A stretch of 64,000 bases of DNA from Podarcis muralis. Taxonomy: Eukaryota. Of the stretch, positions 47,171 through 60,276 are shown in pieces. The notes below the pieces were generated by a model. It was not told the origin of the DNA and made no database searches. It saw nothing but the letters and a program-made list of their open reading frames with translations. The translations under genes were made by a program, and so were the position numbers. Within the stretch, counting starts at the first letter, position 1, and each line of letters begins with the position of its first letter. Location of the stretch: contig NC_135667.1 in assembly GCF_964188315.1 (NCBI RefSeq), positions 27,156,001-27,220,000 on the forward strand, read 5' to 3'.

Positions 47171-48117
47171 TATGTGGAAACCACTGCCTCCTTGGAGGAA
47201 GTTCCGTTACTAGGGAGCTATAACCAAGAAGGTTCTGCAAAAAAGGTGTCTGGTCATTGAGGCCACCCAGGGATGCTGCCAGGGATCAGTTACTACAGGT
47301 AACATGTAAGCCCCATCTTGCATGCAGCCAGTTATCAAGGCCAATTAATCTTCCACCAATGTCCTCCAACCACACACTACTTAAGTCTTTTCGTTGGGCT
47401 CTATTCACATCTCACTTGTCACTAAGGACATTGTTCAATGTAAAAGAACAAAAGGGTGGTTTGGGAGGAAGTGGGATGACTTTGGTGTGGGTGTGGCAAG
47501 GTTAGGTCTGAAGTGTTACATCCACCTGAAAAGGAACCTCTTCCTGAAGAGAATTAGGATGGCATTCCACCCTTATGCTAAACCAAGCACTGATTCCCAG
47601 CCCTATATAAGGAAGCCTTTTAATGTGTAATGTTTTATTATGTTTTTATATGTCTTGGGCGCCACCCAAAGTGGCTGGGGCAACCCAGTCAGATGGGCGG
47701 GGTACAGATAATAAAATTATTATTATAATACACACATTGGCATATGGCATCATGGAGTCCTGGAGTCCAGCAGTGACAAAGGCAGCAAGTCGGAGACTAC
47801 AGAGTCATCAGCTAGGAAGGAAGGCTGAGTTCCCAACTGACACTGATAAGACGTTCCTATTTTCATCAACGTTCTCCTATTTTTCTTGGAGAAATGTTGG
47901 AGGGTAGGTAATGTTGATGATGCAAGAGACGACTGAACCTGAAGGCTGGTAGACAGGAGTCCCCTGAACCATAACCGCACAAGAATATCCTTGTTGGATC
48001 ATGCCAGTGGCCCACCTACTTGCTTGTTCCGAAGTTGGAGCCCCTGTGTGTGTGTCAACAGCAAGCATATACTGTATAGTTGTCTCCAAAATCAGGAATT
48101 TTGGCTAATAGCTGGTG

Positions 48118-49053
48118 CTAGAAAGAGGACGGTGTCTTGGGGTGCAGTAAACGCCTCATGGCATCCTTCACTTCTTTGTTCCTCAGGCAATATATGATAG
48201 GGTTGAGCATTGGTGTCACAACATTGTAGAGCACAGTTGCCAAGGTGTCAAAATATACAGAACGGCTGGCACTGGGCCTGTTGTAATTGAACATGCAGGT
48301 GACATAGAATAAAGTGACCACCGTGAGGTGCGAAGTGCAGGTGGAGAATGCCTTGCGGCGGCCTCGGTTGGTACGGATTCTCAAGATGGCCGCCACGATG
48401 TGGACGTAGGAAACCACGATGCAAAGGAAAGGACTGACGCCGAGCAGCAGGGTGACTGCCAGCAAGGTGATTTGGTTGGGGAATGTGTCCGCGCAAGACA
48501 GCTTGAGTAGCTGGGGGACGTCACAGAACAAATGGTCCAGGTTGTGAGAGGCACAGAAGGGCAGGAGAGCGGTCATGGCCGTGTGCAGGACTGAATTGAG
48601 GAAGCCGCAGGCCCAGGAGGCTGCCACCAGCCGGGTACACAGCTTCCTGTTCATGAAGATGGTGTACGTAAGTGGGTGGCAGATGGCGACGTATCGGTCA
48701 TACGCCATCACAGCCAGTAGGAGGCACTCAACCCCTACAAAAGTCACCAAGAAGTAAAGCTGAGCCAGGCAGCCCAGGATAGAGATGGTCTTTGTCTCCG
48801 TCAACAGATTCTTGAGCATGTGGGGCAGAGTGACGGAGGAATAGCAAATGTCCAGGAACGACAGGTGCTGGATGAAATAGTACATGGGCGTACGAAGGCC
48901 AGAATCTAGCCCTGCGGTCACCAGGATAAGAGCATTGCCCAGCAAGGTGGTGATGTACATGGTCAGAAACAGGAGGAAGAACAGGGCTTGGGGCTCTGGG
49001 AAGCTGGAGAAGCCCAGGAACACAAATGATGTTGTCGCGGTTTGGTTTCCCAT
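48118..49053 (-). CDS. olfactory receptor (class II, OR5V-like), 311 aa from the ATG at 49053
   Basis: LRTPMYYF, MAYDRYVAICHPL, KAFSTCTSHL, PMLNPIIYCLRN; N-glycosylation sequon NQT; acceptor about 20 nt upstream. Confidence 0.93.
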   Translation of the reverse strand: MGNQTATTSFVFLGFSSFPEPQALFFLLFLTMYITTLLGNALILVTAGLDSGLRTPMYYFIQHLSFLDICYSSVTLPHMLKNLLTETKTISILGCLAQLYFLVTFVGVECLLLAVMAYDRYVAICHPLTYTIFMNRKLCTRLVAASWACGFLNSVLHTAMTALLPFCASHNLDHLFCDVPQLLKLSCADTFPNQITLLAVTLLLGVSPFLCIVVSYVHIVAAILRIRTNRGRRKAFSTCTSHLTVVTLFYVTCMFNYNRPSASRSVYFDTLATVLYNVVTPMLNPIIYCLRNKEVKDAMRRLLHPKTPSSF

Positions 49054-49209
49054 CTGCCTCACCTCCTGTACCTGAAACGTGGGAGAGATTTAGAAGACCA
49101 AACCCATAACTGAAAATCATGCTTATTCCCAGCACACACAAAGTCCCATTCACTTGGTTGTATTTATTTCATCTGTGATCTCCCAAGCACACCATGAGTT
49201 ACAGCAAGA

Positions 49210-49360
49210 GCTGGGATGGCTCAAGGGGTAGAGCATGAGACTCTTAATCTCTTCGTCTTGGGATTGAGCCCCACCTTGGGCAAAAAAAAATTCCCGTATT
49301 GCAGGGAGTTGGACTAGATGACCCACGTGGTCCCTTCTGACTCTACAATTCTGATTCTAT
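49210..49360 (+). mobile_element. tRNA-headed SINE with CR1 tail (Squam2-like); relatives at 24330-24475 (-), 52915-53045 and 57495-57625
   Basis: GTAGAGCATGAGACTCTTAATCTC (tRNA-Lys-like) head plus GGTTGGACTAGATG...CTCTACAATTCT tail. Confidence 0.75.
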
Positions 49361-51600
49361 GTAATCTGCCCTTTCCTCCCTATTTGTTTCCTGATCTATA
49401 AGATACCCGATTATTCATTTCTGTCTCTCTGTCTCTCCCTTGCACCTTCAGCATCTCTTTCTTTCTTTCCCTCTTTTTCTTCTTTTGCAGCTTGTGATTC
49501 AAGCCCAGCCTTTGTCCACTAGATGCCCTGAAGATGTTGCTGGATTATAGCTCCCATCTTCCATGACCATCGGCCATGCTGGTTGGGTCTGATGGGAGTT
49601 GGAGTCCCATGATATCTGCAGGTGTGGGGCAAGCCTGGTTGAGGCAAGCTGCTCTGCCATCTCTACCGGTTTGTTAGTGACTTCCTCTTCTCTCTCCTTC
49701 CTAAACCTCACTTCAACTGCTGCTGCCTCACCAGTGTGCATCACAGCAGAGATTTCTCATCCTTTGCTTCCTCTGTTAGCTTTGCAGTCTCTGCTTCACT
49801 TCATACTTCTGCTCTATTGACAAAGCTGCATGAATCCCACAGTGCAGGGCTAGGAAAGCCAATCTGGTGCCCTCCTGACGTTTCTAGACTACAACGCCCA
49901 TCGGCCTCAGCCAACACGGGCAGTGGTCAGGAATGGTAGGAGTTCTAGTCCAGAAACATCTGGATGTTGTTGACTGTTTCGGGTGTAGAATGCTATGAGA
50001 AAGTAGATTCTGCCCCTGTAAATACAGATATTTCTGTAATAATGTAACTGGGATAGGATTAACATAACACAACTCTCTTAGATGCAGGATGTGTCATATT
50101 GGACACCTGGGACCTTGGCTCAAATATTTGTTTGACCATGAAGTTTAGTAACAGTGACCGTAGGCAGTCTTTCAGCCTAAGCTGCCTCAAAGGGTTTTTC
50201 TGAGGGGAACTGGGATAGCCCAGTTTTATCAACAGCCATTTAAAAAAATAAAAGCATTTCTTGTAGTGAGTAAGCACTGCTTCAGGTGGAGAAATGCTTG
50301 CAAACTGGATGGGAATGAGCTCTATTCCCCACCCAATCACAGGCACTTGAATTTTGAGTACAAGCAACGTTCATGGGTTTTCTTTTCTTTTTTCCAAGAC
50401 AGAGATGGGAGGAAAGCTGAGGAACAAGCTGTGAAGTCAATGCATTCCACAGTGCCCTGTTTAGTCAGTGGACTCATGTCAAAGTTTTGGAAGCGGGCTA
50501 TCATTCTTGGTGGGCAACAGTAAAGTTGCCTAAGGGATCAAAGAGGAATATAAAAAATTTCCCAGCCCCATCCATTTCCTCTGCTTGGTGTTTATGGATG
50601 CTACAGTCACAGCAAAATCAGAGAAGACAATGCTAAACTAAATTTGTTGGAAGACCAGTGAAGCAAGGCAATTGACAGCAAGAGAGAGGCTGGCAATCAC
50701 AGTTCCAGATGAATCTTCCTGTGTGATTTTCAGCTACTCTGAATTCAAGGTTGCAATGGTTTTTGAGTCTGCAAACCAATTTAGTTAAAACAGTTCTATG
50801 TGATCTTTGCCCCATTGACTGCCTGGCTTCAATTGCCTTCACATTTATAGACTCAGGCTTGCTTGAAGCTGCTTTAAGTTGAGTGAGGTCAATGGCCCAT
50901 GTTAGTAAAGTATTTACTCTGACAGGTACATAGGAACATATGAATCTGCCTTCTACTGAGACTGGCCAGTGGGCCAAAGAGCTCACTATTGTCACACAGA
51001 CAGCAGCGCTCAAGGATTCCTGGCCAGAGTTTCTCCCAGCCCTAGATCATCCTAACAACCCACTAAACATTCTAGAGTCTCACCTCAAAACACAAAAGTA
51101 TGTTGCATTACAGAGGTAGCCAACATGGTGCCCTTGGGATGTGGTTAGACTGAGCTCCATCCTAAGCAGTGACAACAAAATGAAGATGCCAAGCCAGAGA
51201 GTGAGAACAAGAGATGAATAGCTAGGTAGACCAACAGATGGACAGGGAGCCAGGAAATAAGTTGCATTAAGGACCATAAATATATTTACCAGTGCAGAAG
51301 GGTCTCTTTTGTATTATCTCCAGTAAACGCCCATTTCTTGTAATCACACCCCATGAATAAGCCCATGTATATCGTAGTTCTTTGAATACACAAAGCATTT
51401 AAAAAAATATCCCAGTGTATTTGCTGCAGATCTGAGGAGCAAACATATCTCAATGCCTTTGGGATTGATTAACTCAAAGGAATTGGTACTCTTAGAGAAT
51501 TGTTTACTTGCTATAAGAAGTTCCGTCCCCCTTGAGCATTATGTTCCTTGATTGGACCCAGAAGACTTCAAGATCAGCCCAGTACAGTCTATTCTTACAG

Positions 51601-51648
<48 letters not shown>

Positions 51649-52427
51649 TTTATATGCCGGCCATCTGACTAGGTTGCCCCAGCCACTCTGGGCAGCTCCC
51701 CCCAAAATATTAAAAACACAATAAAGCAGACTGCACAGGATACAGACTGTACTGTTACATTTCTCCATGTGCAATAGCACTTACTTGAGTTTGGTTTCCT
51801 TTGAAAGGAGGCTTATTGCCATTTTGTAATATTTGCATTCATTTACAGATAGACAGGATGAGCATAGGTGGAGGCACAACTTCAGTACTCCAAAAGTCCA
51901 TCACAGTTCACTGTTCCTGCATCAGATCCATTTTGAAAATCATTGCCACTGGTGTTACCCAATGAATGGCTTGAAAGCATCAGACTATTCCGCAACATTG
52001 TGGAAGATAAACAGATGTGAATCTGATCGGCATCTGGGCATAAGCTGCTTTGAGCAGGCCATATCAGACAATCTGACTCCAGTTTTGTGGGGAGAAAAAT
52101 AGATAGATATAAACCTTCCATGTGGGAGAATTGGCTTGATCCCTAGATCTAAAGTGCGGGGCTAAACAGACGCTCCAGCAAGAGAGAGCCTGAAGCAGAG
52201 TTTAAAAACACAGAATTGTGCAGCAAGTGAGTGAAGCATTAGAATAAAAGTCTGTGGGACCTTTTAAATATTCTTAACACAGAGAAATCCCTTGTTAAAC
52301 TCAAATGTCTTTCTCCCTTTATCTGCGTATGTGTGCACAAGAGAGGGAAATGGTAATATTTCCCTTTCCAGTTCCCAAGGAAAAGTTTACTGGGAGGGAA
52401 GACTTTTCTCCTAGGAAGAGTTTACAC

Positions 52428-52563
52428 CAGGCATAGGCAAACTCGGCCCTCCAGATGTTTTGGGACTACAGTTCCCATCATCCCTGACCACTGGTCCTGC
52501 TAGGTAGGGATCATGGGAGTTGTAGGTCAAAAACATCTGGCGGGCCAAGTTTGCAAATGCCTG
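52428..52563. mobile_element. hAT MITE (about 136 bp)
   Basis: CAGGCATAGGCAAAC TIR; 8-bp TSD GTTTACAC on both sides. Confidence 0.9.
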
Positions 52564-53850
52564 GTTTACACTTTGGTTCTTTCTGCTCACATAGCAAAAA
52601 GAGCTCAGAGGGAAAAGGAGAGACTGACACATTTGCAGAGGCGTGCAACATTTTTATTTAAGATATTGAAAACCAAATAAACTTCACTGTGCACAACTGG
52701 TTCCACACATTTCAAAACATGTTTTGATTTCATGCCAGGATTTCAAAATCTTGCTTCCCAGTTCCAGATCTTTAGGTTACACAGGGCAGCACATAAGCCA
52801 GGGATGCCATCTTCATTTCAACATCAGGAAATGGCATTGCATGCAGAGTTGGGTGGGACATGTCCTCCGGCTCACCCATAGCTCTATTCTGGACCTTCTG
52901 CTTGTGGAAGTTGCACAGCTCAGTTGGTTAGATCGTGGTGCTGGTGACACCAAGGTTGCATGTTTGATGCATTGTTCCTGCATTGTAGGGGGTTGGACTA
53001 GATGGTCCTCAGAGTCCCTTCCAACTCTACAATTCTGTGATTCTGAGGGAGCTGCTGAATTGAGACAATTGTGTTTCCATAACACTTGCCTTTGTGCTGC
53101 ATTTCTAGGCACAGAATTGGGCTTTCCAGTCCATGTCCAAGCATTTATTTATTTTTGCCCCACCACTTTCCCCATGAAAACCCGCTCTTTGACACTGAAT
53201 TGGAGCAAATGGCAATTTGTGGAAAACCCGAATTGCTGTTTGTTCCAATTCAGCAGTAGAGACTGGGTTTTCCTGGGGAATGTGGAGGGACAAAAAATGG
53301 AAAGTGCGTGGACACGGGCCAGGGAAGTGCAGACCTGTGGCATAATCTTTAATGTACTTTAGCCCATATCATAAGACATCTGAAAATGAAGGAATATATG
53401 GAAACCTAAGAAGAAATCAGCTAAAGTGCCACAGGAGTCTTTGATGTTTTTGTTCTGGCAGACTAAAACAGGTTCCCTTCTGGAATTTGTTTGCTCAGGT
53501 CCTTTATGCTGTGACTACATTTCTCCAGGGCAAATATTCAAAATTCCACAACAGCTGAATTCCCAAGCTCAAAAGTCAACGTTCGACATCAGAAATATTT
53601 GTGTTTCGTTATTTCACTATCCATAAACCTCGCTCCCATATTTTTCAAGACTTTAGGTGACAAATTATAGGTTTTTCTAGACACAAAAGTATTAGTTGAA
53701 AAGACACTTGTGGGGACCAGTACAGATGTGCACCTATACAAAAATATACATCAAAAGAAAAGGCCACCTAAGCAAATTTAATAAAACAGAAAAAAAAGAA
53801 AAAAGAAAAGGCCAGCATTTCTTATATTAAAGGGAGGAGGCTGGTAGGTA

Positions 53851-54786
53851 TCAGAGGTCTCTCTTCCTCCCTGTCACTTTCCGGAAAGCTTGTTTCACAT
53901 CCTTATTCCTTAAGCTATAGATCAGTGGATTCAACATGGGTGTGATGGTGACATAGAATATGGCAACATATTTGTCTAGATCTGAGGATGTCTTGGTTTG
54001 AGGCTGTAAGTACATTGACATGGCTGTTCCATAGAATATGGTGACCACCATGAGATGTGAACTACAGGTTGAGAAGGCCTTGGCTCTGTTCTCTGTGGAT
54101 TGCATTTTCAACACGGTGGTGATAATACGGGCGTAGGTGACCAAGATGAAGCCAAAAGGAAGAAGCAGAGTAAGGATGCTGGTGGCAAACATTGACACCT
54201 GGTTTCCACTAGTATCTGAGCAGGCCAACTTGAGCATAGCCTGGATCTCACACAGAAAGTGGTTGATAACATTATGTCCACATAGAGAGGCCTGTGAGGT
54301 GAGAGAAGGTACCAGAATCAGGAGGAAGGAGCTGCCCCATGAAATGGTTGCCATAGCAGAGCAAACCTTATTGCTCATGATGATATTATAGCGCAGGGGA
54401 TTGCAAACAGCCACCCAGCGGTCATAGGACATCATCGCCAGGAGGAGGCATTCTGTCATCCCCAAGAAGAGGGAGATGTACATTTGGGCGTAACAGCCAG
54501 CATGGGAAATGGTGGTCTTAGCTGACAGGAAATGAGCCAACATCTGGGGGATGCTACTGGTAGTATAGCAGATGTCAAGGAAAGACAGGTTGCCAAGGAA
54601 GAAGTACATGGGGGTGTGCAGGCGGGGGTCCACCACAGCAAGCAAGAGGAGGAGACCGTTGCCCACCACAGTGATGAGGTAGATGAGGAGAAAGAGGCCA
54701 AAGAGGGCGATCTTCATCTGAGGGTTACTAGAGAGGCCCAGCAGGATGAATTCGGTCATGGTAGTCTCATTCTCTCTTCTGCCCAT
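53851..54786 (-). CDS. olfactory receptor (class II, OR13/OR2-like), copy 1, 311 aa
   Basis: LHTPMYFFL, MSYDRWVAVCNPLRY, KAFSTCSSHL, PMLNPLIYSLRN. Confidence 0.94.
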   Translation of the reverse strand: MGRRENETTMTEFILLGLSSNPQMKIALFGLFLLIYLITVVGNGLLLLLAVVDPRLHTPMYFFLGNLSFLDICYTTSSIPQMLAHFLSAKTTISHAGCYAQMYISLFLGMTECLLLAMMSYDRWVAVCNPLRYNIIMSNKVCSAMATISWGSSFLLILVPSLTSQASLCGHNVINHFLCEIQAMLKLACSDTSGNQVSMFATSILTLLLPFGFILVTYARIITTVLKMQSTENRAKAFSTCSSHLMVVTIFYGTAMSMYLQPQTKTSSDLDKYVAIFYVTITPMLNPLIYSLRNKDVKQAFRKVTGRKRDL

Positions 54787-55458
54787 GTTATTTCCTCTAA
54801 GGGCTTACCTGGGACGGAAACAGGAAAATAAATTGGAAGTAAATAGCCGCACCGGACCCAAGAGTGTTGCATTAATTTATATTGAGGCTTACATCTTGTA
54901 TTATGGCTGAAGCTTCAAGGCTGCTAAGCAATAATGAGGAAAATAAGAATCAGGAAACCCCCCCATAATATTAGAAGGTAACTAAAAACTGCAAGGAGCG
55001 GGAGTTGAAGAAGTTAGGGAGTGGGAAGAGGGGAAAGGGTCTTGGAAGCCATGAAATTTCATTAAAAGCTTGAGAAGGGCAGAAGGAATGCAATGAGTAA
55101 TTGCGTAGGAGACACAAAAGTGAGAGGCAGCATAAAAAAAAACCACCACCAACCACTCGAGAGCCAGTGTGGTGTAGTGGTTAAGAGTGGTAGATTCGTA
55201 ATCTGGGGACCCGGTTCACGTCTCCACTCCTCCACATGCAGCTGCTGGGTGACCTTGGGCTACTCACACTTCTCTGAAGTCTCTCAGCCCCACTCACCTC
55301 ACAGAGTGTTTGTTGTGGGGGAGGAAGGAAAAGGAGAATATTAGTCGCTTTGAGACTCCTTTGGGTAGTGATAAAGCGGGATATCAAATCCAAACTCCTC
55401 CTCCTCCTCCTCCACTCAACAAAACAATCCAGATTTAGTCATGCTTATAGTACACCCA

Positions 55459-55500
<42 letters not shown>

Positions 55501-55789
55501 CAATTATTGTGTTTTTTAATGTAGCCCACTGTGGGTAGCTCACTGTATCAACAGCCCATACATACATACCTCTGAAACTAGCACCAAAATCCATGGAACT
55601 TATATTAATCATAATGTCAGCAGAAGTCTGGAAAATGCAACTTAGTCAGACTGCACTTCTCCAGCGATTTACTTCTGTCTGATCAGATAGAATTAGGATT
55701 GCACCTTGAATTCAGACTGAACTCAGTATATTTACAACAAAGGAAAGGAAGTCCTCTAACACCCCACCACCATGAAAAACATAATTAAC

Positions 55790-56156
55790 GTGTATAATTT
55801 TATTGTCACAAGGCGACACAATGGCCATTAGACAACTTTAAAAGGGAGTTAGAAAATAAGAGAAGAATATTCCTTGAAAGAAGACTGGAAACTGTTTCCT
55901 GATTATATGGGTGAAAATTGTGTACATTTAAAAACACTGGTAGCATTAAGATAAATTCAACAGTGTAAACAAGTTTTGATGGTGTAACAATGGATTACTG
56001 AATGGTTTAGTTCATTTAAAATATGCAGGGATGTACGGTATGCAAAATGAACCACAGAAAGAGAGGAAGGGAAGTCATTAAGGTTGTTTAAATGAATATT
56101 TTGCAATGTAAATTAGAAAAATCTAATAAAAACTATATCTAAAAAATAAAATAAAA
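55790..56156 (+). mobile_element. L1-type 3' fragment
   Basis: Same 3'UTR family; AATAAA and A-rich tail. Confidence 0.7.
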
Positions 56157-56997
56157 GGGAATTAGGGGAAAAAAACCACAGTGGATCAAAGTATCCCCAA
56201 CTGTAAGCCAGGATAGATAAAAATGAAACATCAACATGCAGAGGAGGTATGACTCGGTATACCAGATGCTGAGGACAAATTACAAGGCAAGGGAAATGCC
56301 ATCAGTTTCATGGCGGCATCAGGGAGGAGGTCCATGACGGGTGACTATTGTTTGAAACAAAGAGTATCGGACGAGATGGACCGCTAGTCTGATCTATCAA
56401 GACATTTATTATATTATTACAGGAGACAAAGTAATAACTGATCTTGTCCTAAATTCTCATTTAACATCCTTAGAAGGAACAGGAAAGACAGTAACTCACC
56501 ATAGCAATGCCTTAATCTTCCAGAGTTTTTGGCACCCGTTCACAAATTTTCCCTCACTTGTGAAAAATGAAAGACATGCAAAATACCTACAAATATTAGA
56601 GAATAGGATACTGTGTGCCATAGATTGGGCATTTTAAATAAGTCCACAACTATCCCATAGAATATCAATGAAATTTAAAAGATGCATTGCTTCCATCTAG
56701 GGTGAGGGAAGAAAGAAGCTGCAGCAAGGAACAGGACACGTTTGTGGTCGTTTTCACAACTGACGAAAAACTCCTGATTCATTCAAGGTTTAGATAACAA
56801 CATTCTCTAACTTGGTCATTTTCCAGGATTGCCATCTCATCCACAGGGAAATAATCCACTCTGTACTGTAGTTCATTAGGGAGCACTTGCACATTAGCAA
56901 TTAAATAGTTTTTCCCCCCTCCACAGTGACAAATGTACCCAAAGATCATGAAAAAACTGTTTATGTATGCAACAACAGCTGCTCAGATGATTTATGC

Positions 56998-57133
56998 CAG
57001 GCGCAAGCAAACCCGGCCCTCCAGATGTTTTGGGACTACAGTTCCCATCATCCTTGACCACTGGTGCTGCTAGCTAGGGATCATGGGAGTTGTAGGTCAA
57101 AAACATCTGGTGGGTGAAGTTTGCCTATGCCTG
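56998..57133. mobile_element. hAT MITE, duplicated copy of 52428-52563
   Basis: Same sequence; right TSD remnant GTTTACAA present, left TSD absent. Confidence 0.85.
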
Positions 57134-57890
57134 GTTTACAATTTTGTTCTTTCTGCTCACATGTCAAAAAGAGCTCAGAGAGAAAAAGGAGAGACTGACA
57201 CATTTGCAGAGACGTGCAACATTTTTATTTATTTTATTTAAGATATTGGAAACCAAATAAACATGACTGTGCACAACTGGTTCCACACATTTCAAAGCAT
57301 GTTTTGATTTCATGCCAGGATTTCAAAATCTTGCTTCCCAGTTCCAGATCTTTAGGTTACACAGGGCAGCACATAAGCCAGGGATGCCATCTTCATTTCA
57401 ACATCAGGAAATGGCATTGCATGCAGAGTTGGGTGGGACATGTCCTCCGGCTCACCCATAGCTCTATTCTGGACCTTCTGCTTGTGGAAGCTGCACAGCT
57501 CAGTTGGTTAGATCGTGGTGCTGGTGACACCAAGGTTGCATGTTTGATGCATTGTTCCTGCATTGTAGGGGGTTGGACTAGATGGTCCTCAGAGTCCCTT
57601 CCAACTCTACAATTATGAGATTCTGAGGGAGCTGCTCAATTGAGACAATTGTGTTTCCATAACACTTGCCTTTGTGCTGCATTTCTAGGCACAGAACTGG
57701 GCTTTCCAGTCCATGTCCAAGCATTTATTTATTTTTGCCCCACCACTTTCCCCATGAAAACCCGCTCTTTGACACTGAATTGGAGCAAGTGGCAATTCAT
57801 GGAAAACCCGAATTGCTGTTTGTTCCAATTCAGCAGTAGAGACTGGGTTTTCCTGGGGAATGTGGAGGGACAAAAAATGGAAAGTGAATG

Positions 57891-58832
57891 AGAATCTGTC
57901 AAGAATGTATAATTTGCTGTTGAAATGGAATACACAGGATGAAACGGTTAAATCAGCTATGATTAAATGGGCACAAGATATTGGTCATGACATTATGTTT
58001 GCAGACTGGGAACAGTTATGGACCACTGGTGTTAAATTTACGGCATGTAATGCCTTAAAAGAAAACATAATGAAAATGATCTACAGGTGGTACATGACCC
58101 CAGTCAAGCTTGCAAAAATTTACCATTTGCCCAATAACAAATGTTGGAAATGTAATGAGACTGAAGTTACTTTTTACCACCTTTGGTGGACCTGCCCGAG
58201 GATTAAGGCCTTTTGGGAAATGATCTATAATGAAATTAAGAAGGTCCTTAAGTGGACCTTTCCTAAAAAACCTGAGGCTTTTCTCCTGGGCATAGTTGGC
58301 CAATTGGTGCCAAAGAAGGACAGGACCTTTTTTATGTACGCTACCACAGCAGCAAGAATTCTTCTGGCAAAGTATTGGAAGATGCAAGAACTACCGACTC
58401 TGGAAGAATGGCAGACAAAGGTGACTGACTTTATGGGACTGGCAGAGATGACTGGCAGAATCCGCGACCAGGGGAAAGAGACAGTGGAAGAGGATTGGAA
58501 GAAATTTAAAATGTATCTTAAAAACTGTTGTAAAATTGAGGAGTGTTAAGATGTCAAGGGGTAAGAAGCAGAGAATTACAGCTGTAACTAACAAATTAAA
58601 GAAAACTCAATGAAAGGGAATTAAACAGATAAATTGACTAAAGGGTTGCTAAAAAATTGTAAAATAAGGATGCAGCGAAAGGGAGGTATGGGGAAGTCGG
58701 GCGAAAGAAGGTGCATGAAATTAAGAGTATGAAATTATACATGTTTAAATGTTTTGTATCTTTCTGTTTTGTGTTGTGTTTGTTTTTTATTATGTGTTTG
58801 GAAAATGAATAAAAATTATTATAAAAATAAAT
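57891..58832 (+). mobile_element. 5'-truncated L1, same family as 41528-46414
   Basis: 16-bp TSD AAATGGAAAGTGAATG at 57875-57890 and 58833-58848; ORF2 C-terminus nearly collinear with the long copy. Confidence 0.93.
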
Positions 58833-59340
58833 AAATGGAAAGTGAATGGACATGGGCCAGGGAAGTGCAGACCTGTGGCATAATCTTTAATGGACTTTAG
58901 CCCATATCATCAGACATCTGAAAATGAAGGAATATATGGAAACCTAAGAAGAAATAAGCTAAAGTGCCACAGGAGTATTTGATGTTTTTGATGTGGCAGA
59001 CTAAAACAGGTTCCCTTCTAGAATTTGTTTGCTCAGGTCCTTCATGCTGTTACTACATTTCTCCAGGTCAAACATTCAAAATTCCACAACAGCTGAATTC
59101 CCAAGCTCAAAAGTCAGTGCTCGACATCAGAAATGTTTGTGTTTCGTTATTTCACTATCCATAAACCTCACTTTCCTATTTTTCAAGACTTTAGGTGACA
59201 AATTATAGGCTTTTCTAGACACAAAAGTATTAATTGAAAAGACACTTGCGGGGACCAGTACAAATGTGCACCTATACAAAAATATACATCAAAAGAAAAG
59301 GCCAGCATTTCTGATATTAAAGGGAGGTGGCTGGTAGGTA

Positions 59341-60276
59341 TCAGAGGTCTCTCTTCCTCCCTGTCACTTTCCGGAAAGCTTGTTTCACATCCTTATTCCT
59401 TAAGCTATAGATCAGTGGATTCAACATGGGTGTGATGGTGCCATAGAATATGGCAATGTATTTGTCTAGATCTGAGGATGTCTTGGTTTGAGGCTGTAAG
59501 TACATTGACATGGCTGTTCCATAGAATATGGTGACCACCATGAGATGTGAACTACAGGTTGAGAAGGCCTTGGCTCTGTTCTCTGTGGATTGCATTTTCA
59601 ACACGGTGGTGATAATACGGGCGTAGGTGACCAAGATGAAGCCAAAAGGAAGAAGCAGAGTAAGGATGCTGGTGGCAAACATTGACACCTGGTTTCCACT
59701 AGTATCTGAGCAGGCCAACTTGAGCATAGCCTGGACCTCACACAGAAAGTGGTTAATAACATTATGCCCACATAGAGAGGCCTGTGAGGTGAGAGAAGGT
59801 ACCAGAATCAGGAGGAAGGAGCTGCCCCATGAAATGGCTGCCATAGCAATGCAAACCTTATTGCTCATGATGATATTATAGCGCAGGGGGTTGCAAACAG
59901 CCACCCAGCGGTCATAGGACATCATCGCCAGGAGGAGGCATTCTGTCATCCCCAAAAAGAGGGAGATGTACATTTGGGCGTAACAGCCAGCATGGGAAAT
60001 GGTGGTCTTGGCTGACAGGCAATGAGCCAACATCTGGGGGATGGTGCTGGTAGTATAGCAGATGTCAAGGAAAGACAGGTTGCCAAGGAAGAAGTACATG
60101 GGGGTGTGCAGGCGGGGGTCCACCACAGCAAGCAAGAGGAGGAGACCGTTGCCCACCACAGTGATGAGGTAGATGAGGAGAAAGAGGCCAAAGAGGGCGA
60201 TCTTCGTCTGAGGGTTACTGGAGAGGCCCAACAGGATGAATTCGGTCATGGTAGTCTCATTCTCTCTTCTTCCCAT
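59341..60276 (-). CDS. olfactory receptor (class II, OR13/OR2-like), copy 2, 311 aa
   Basis: Same motifs; 8 aa differences from copy 1. Confidence 0.94.
   Translation of the reverse strand: MGRRENETTMTEFILLGLSSNPQTKIALFGLFLLIYLITVVGNGLLLLLAVVDPRLHTPMYFFLGNLSFLDICYTTSTIPQMLAHCLSAKTTISHAGCYAQMYISLFLGMTECLLLAMMSYDRWVAVCNPLRYNIIMSNKVCIAMAAISWGSSFLLILVPSLTSQASLCGHNVINHFLCEVQAMLKLACSDTSGNQVSMFATSILTLLLPFGFILVTYARIITTVLKMQSTENRAKAFSTCSSHLMVVTIFYGTAMSMYLQPQTKTSSDLDKYIAIFYGTITPMLNPLIYSLRNKDVKQAFRKVTGRKRDL

Noticed and set aside
54790-54980. OR promoter homeodomain/O-E motifs (TAAT cores)
   Set aside because: Short motifs in AT-rich DNA with no clear paired O/E site; cannot be separated from chance.
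52724-57891. Paired ORFs 52724..53362, 57214..57618 and 57640..57891
   Set aside because: Similar only because of the segmental duplication; they run through a SINE, and the frame is broken in copy 2.
57860-58549. 229-aa ORF as a chimeric new gene
   Set aside because: A flank ATG happens to be in frame with a truncated L1 ORF2 tail; no promoter or splice support.
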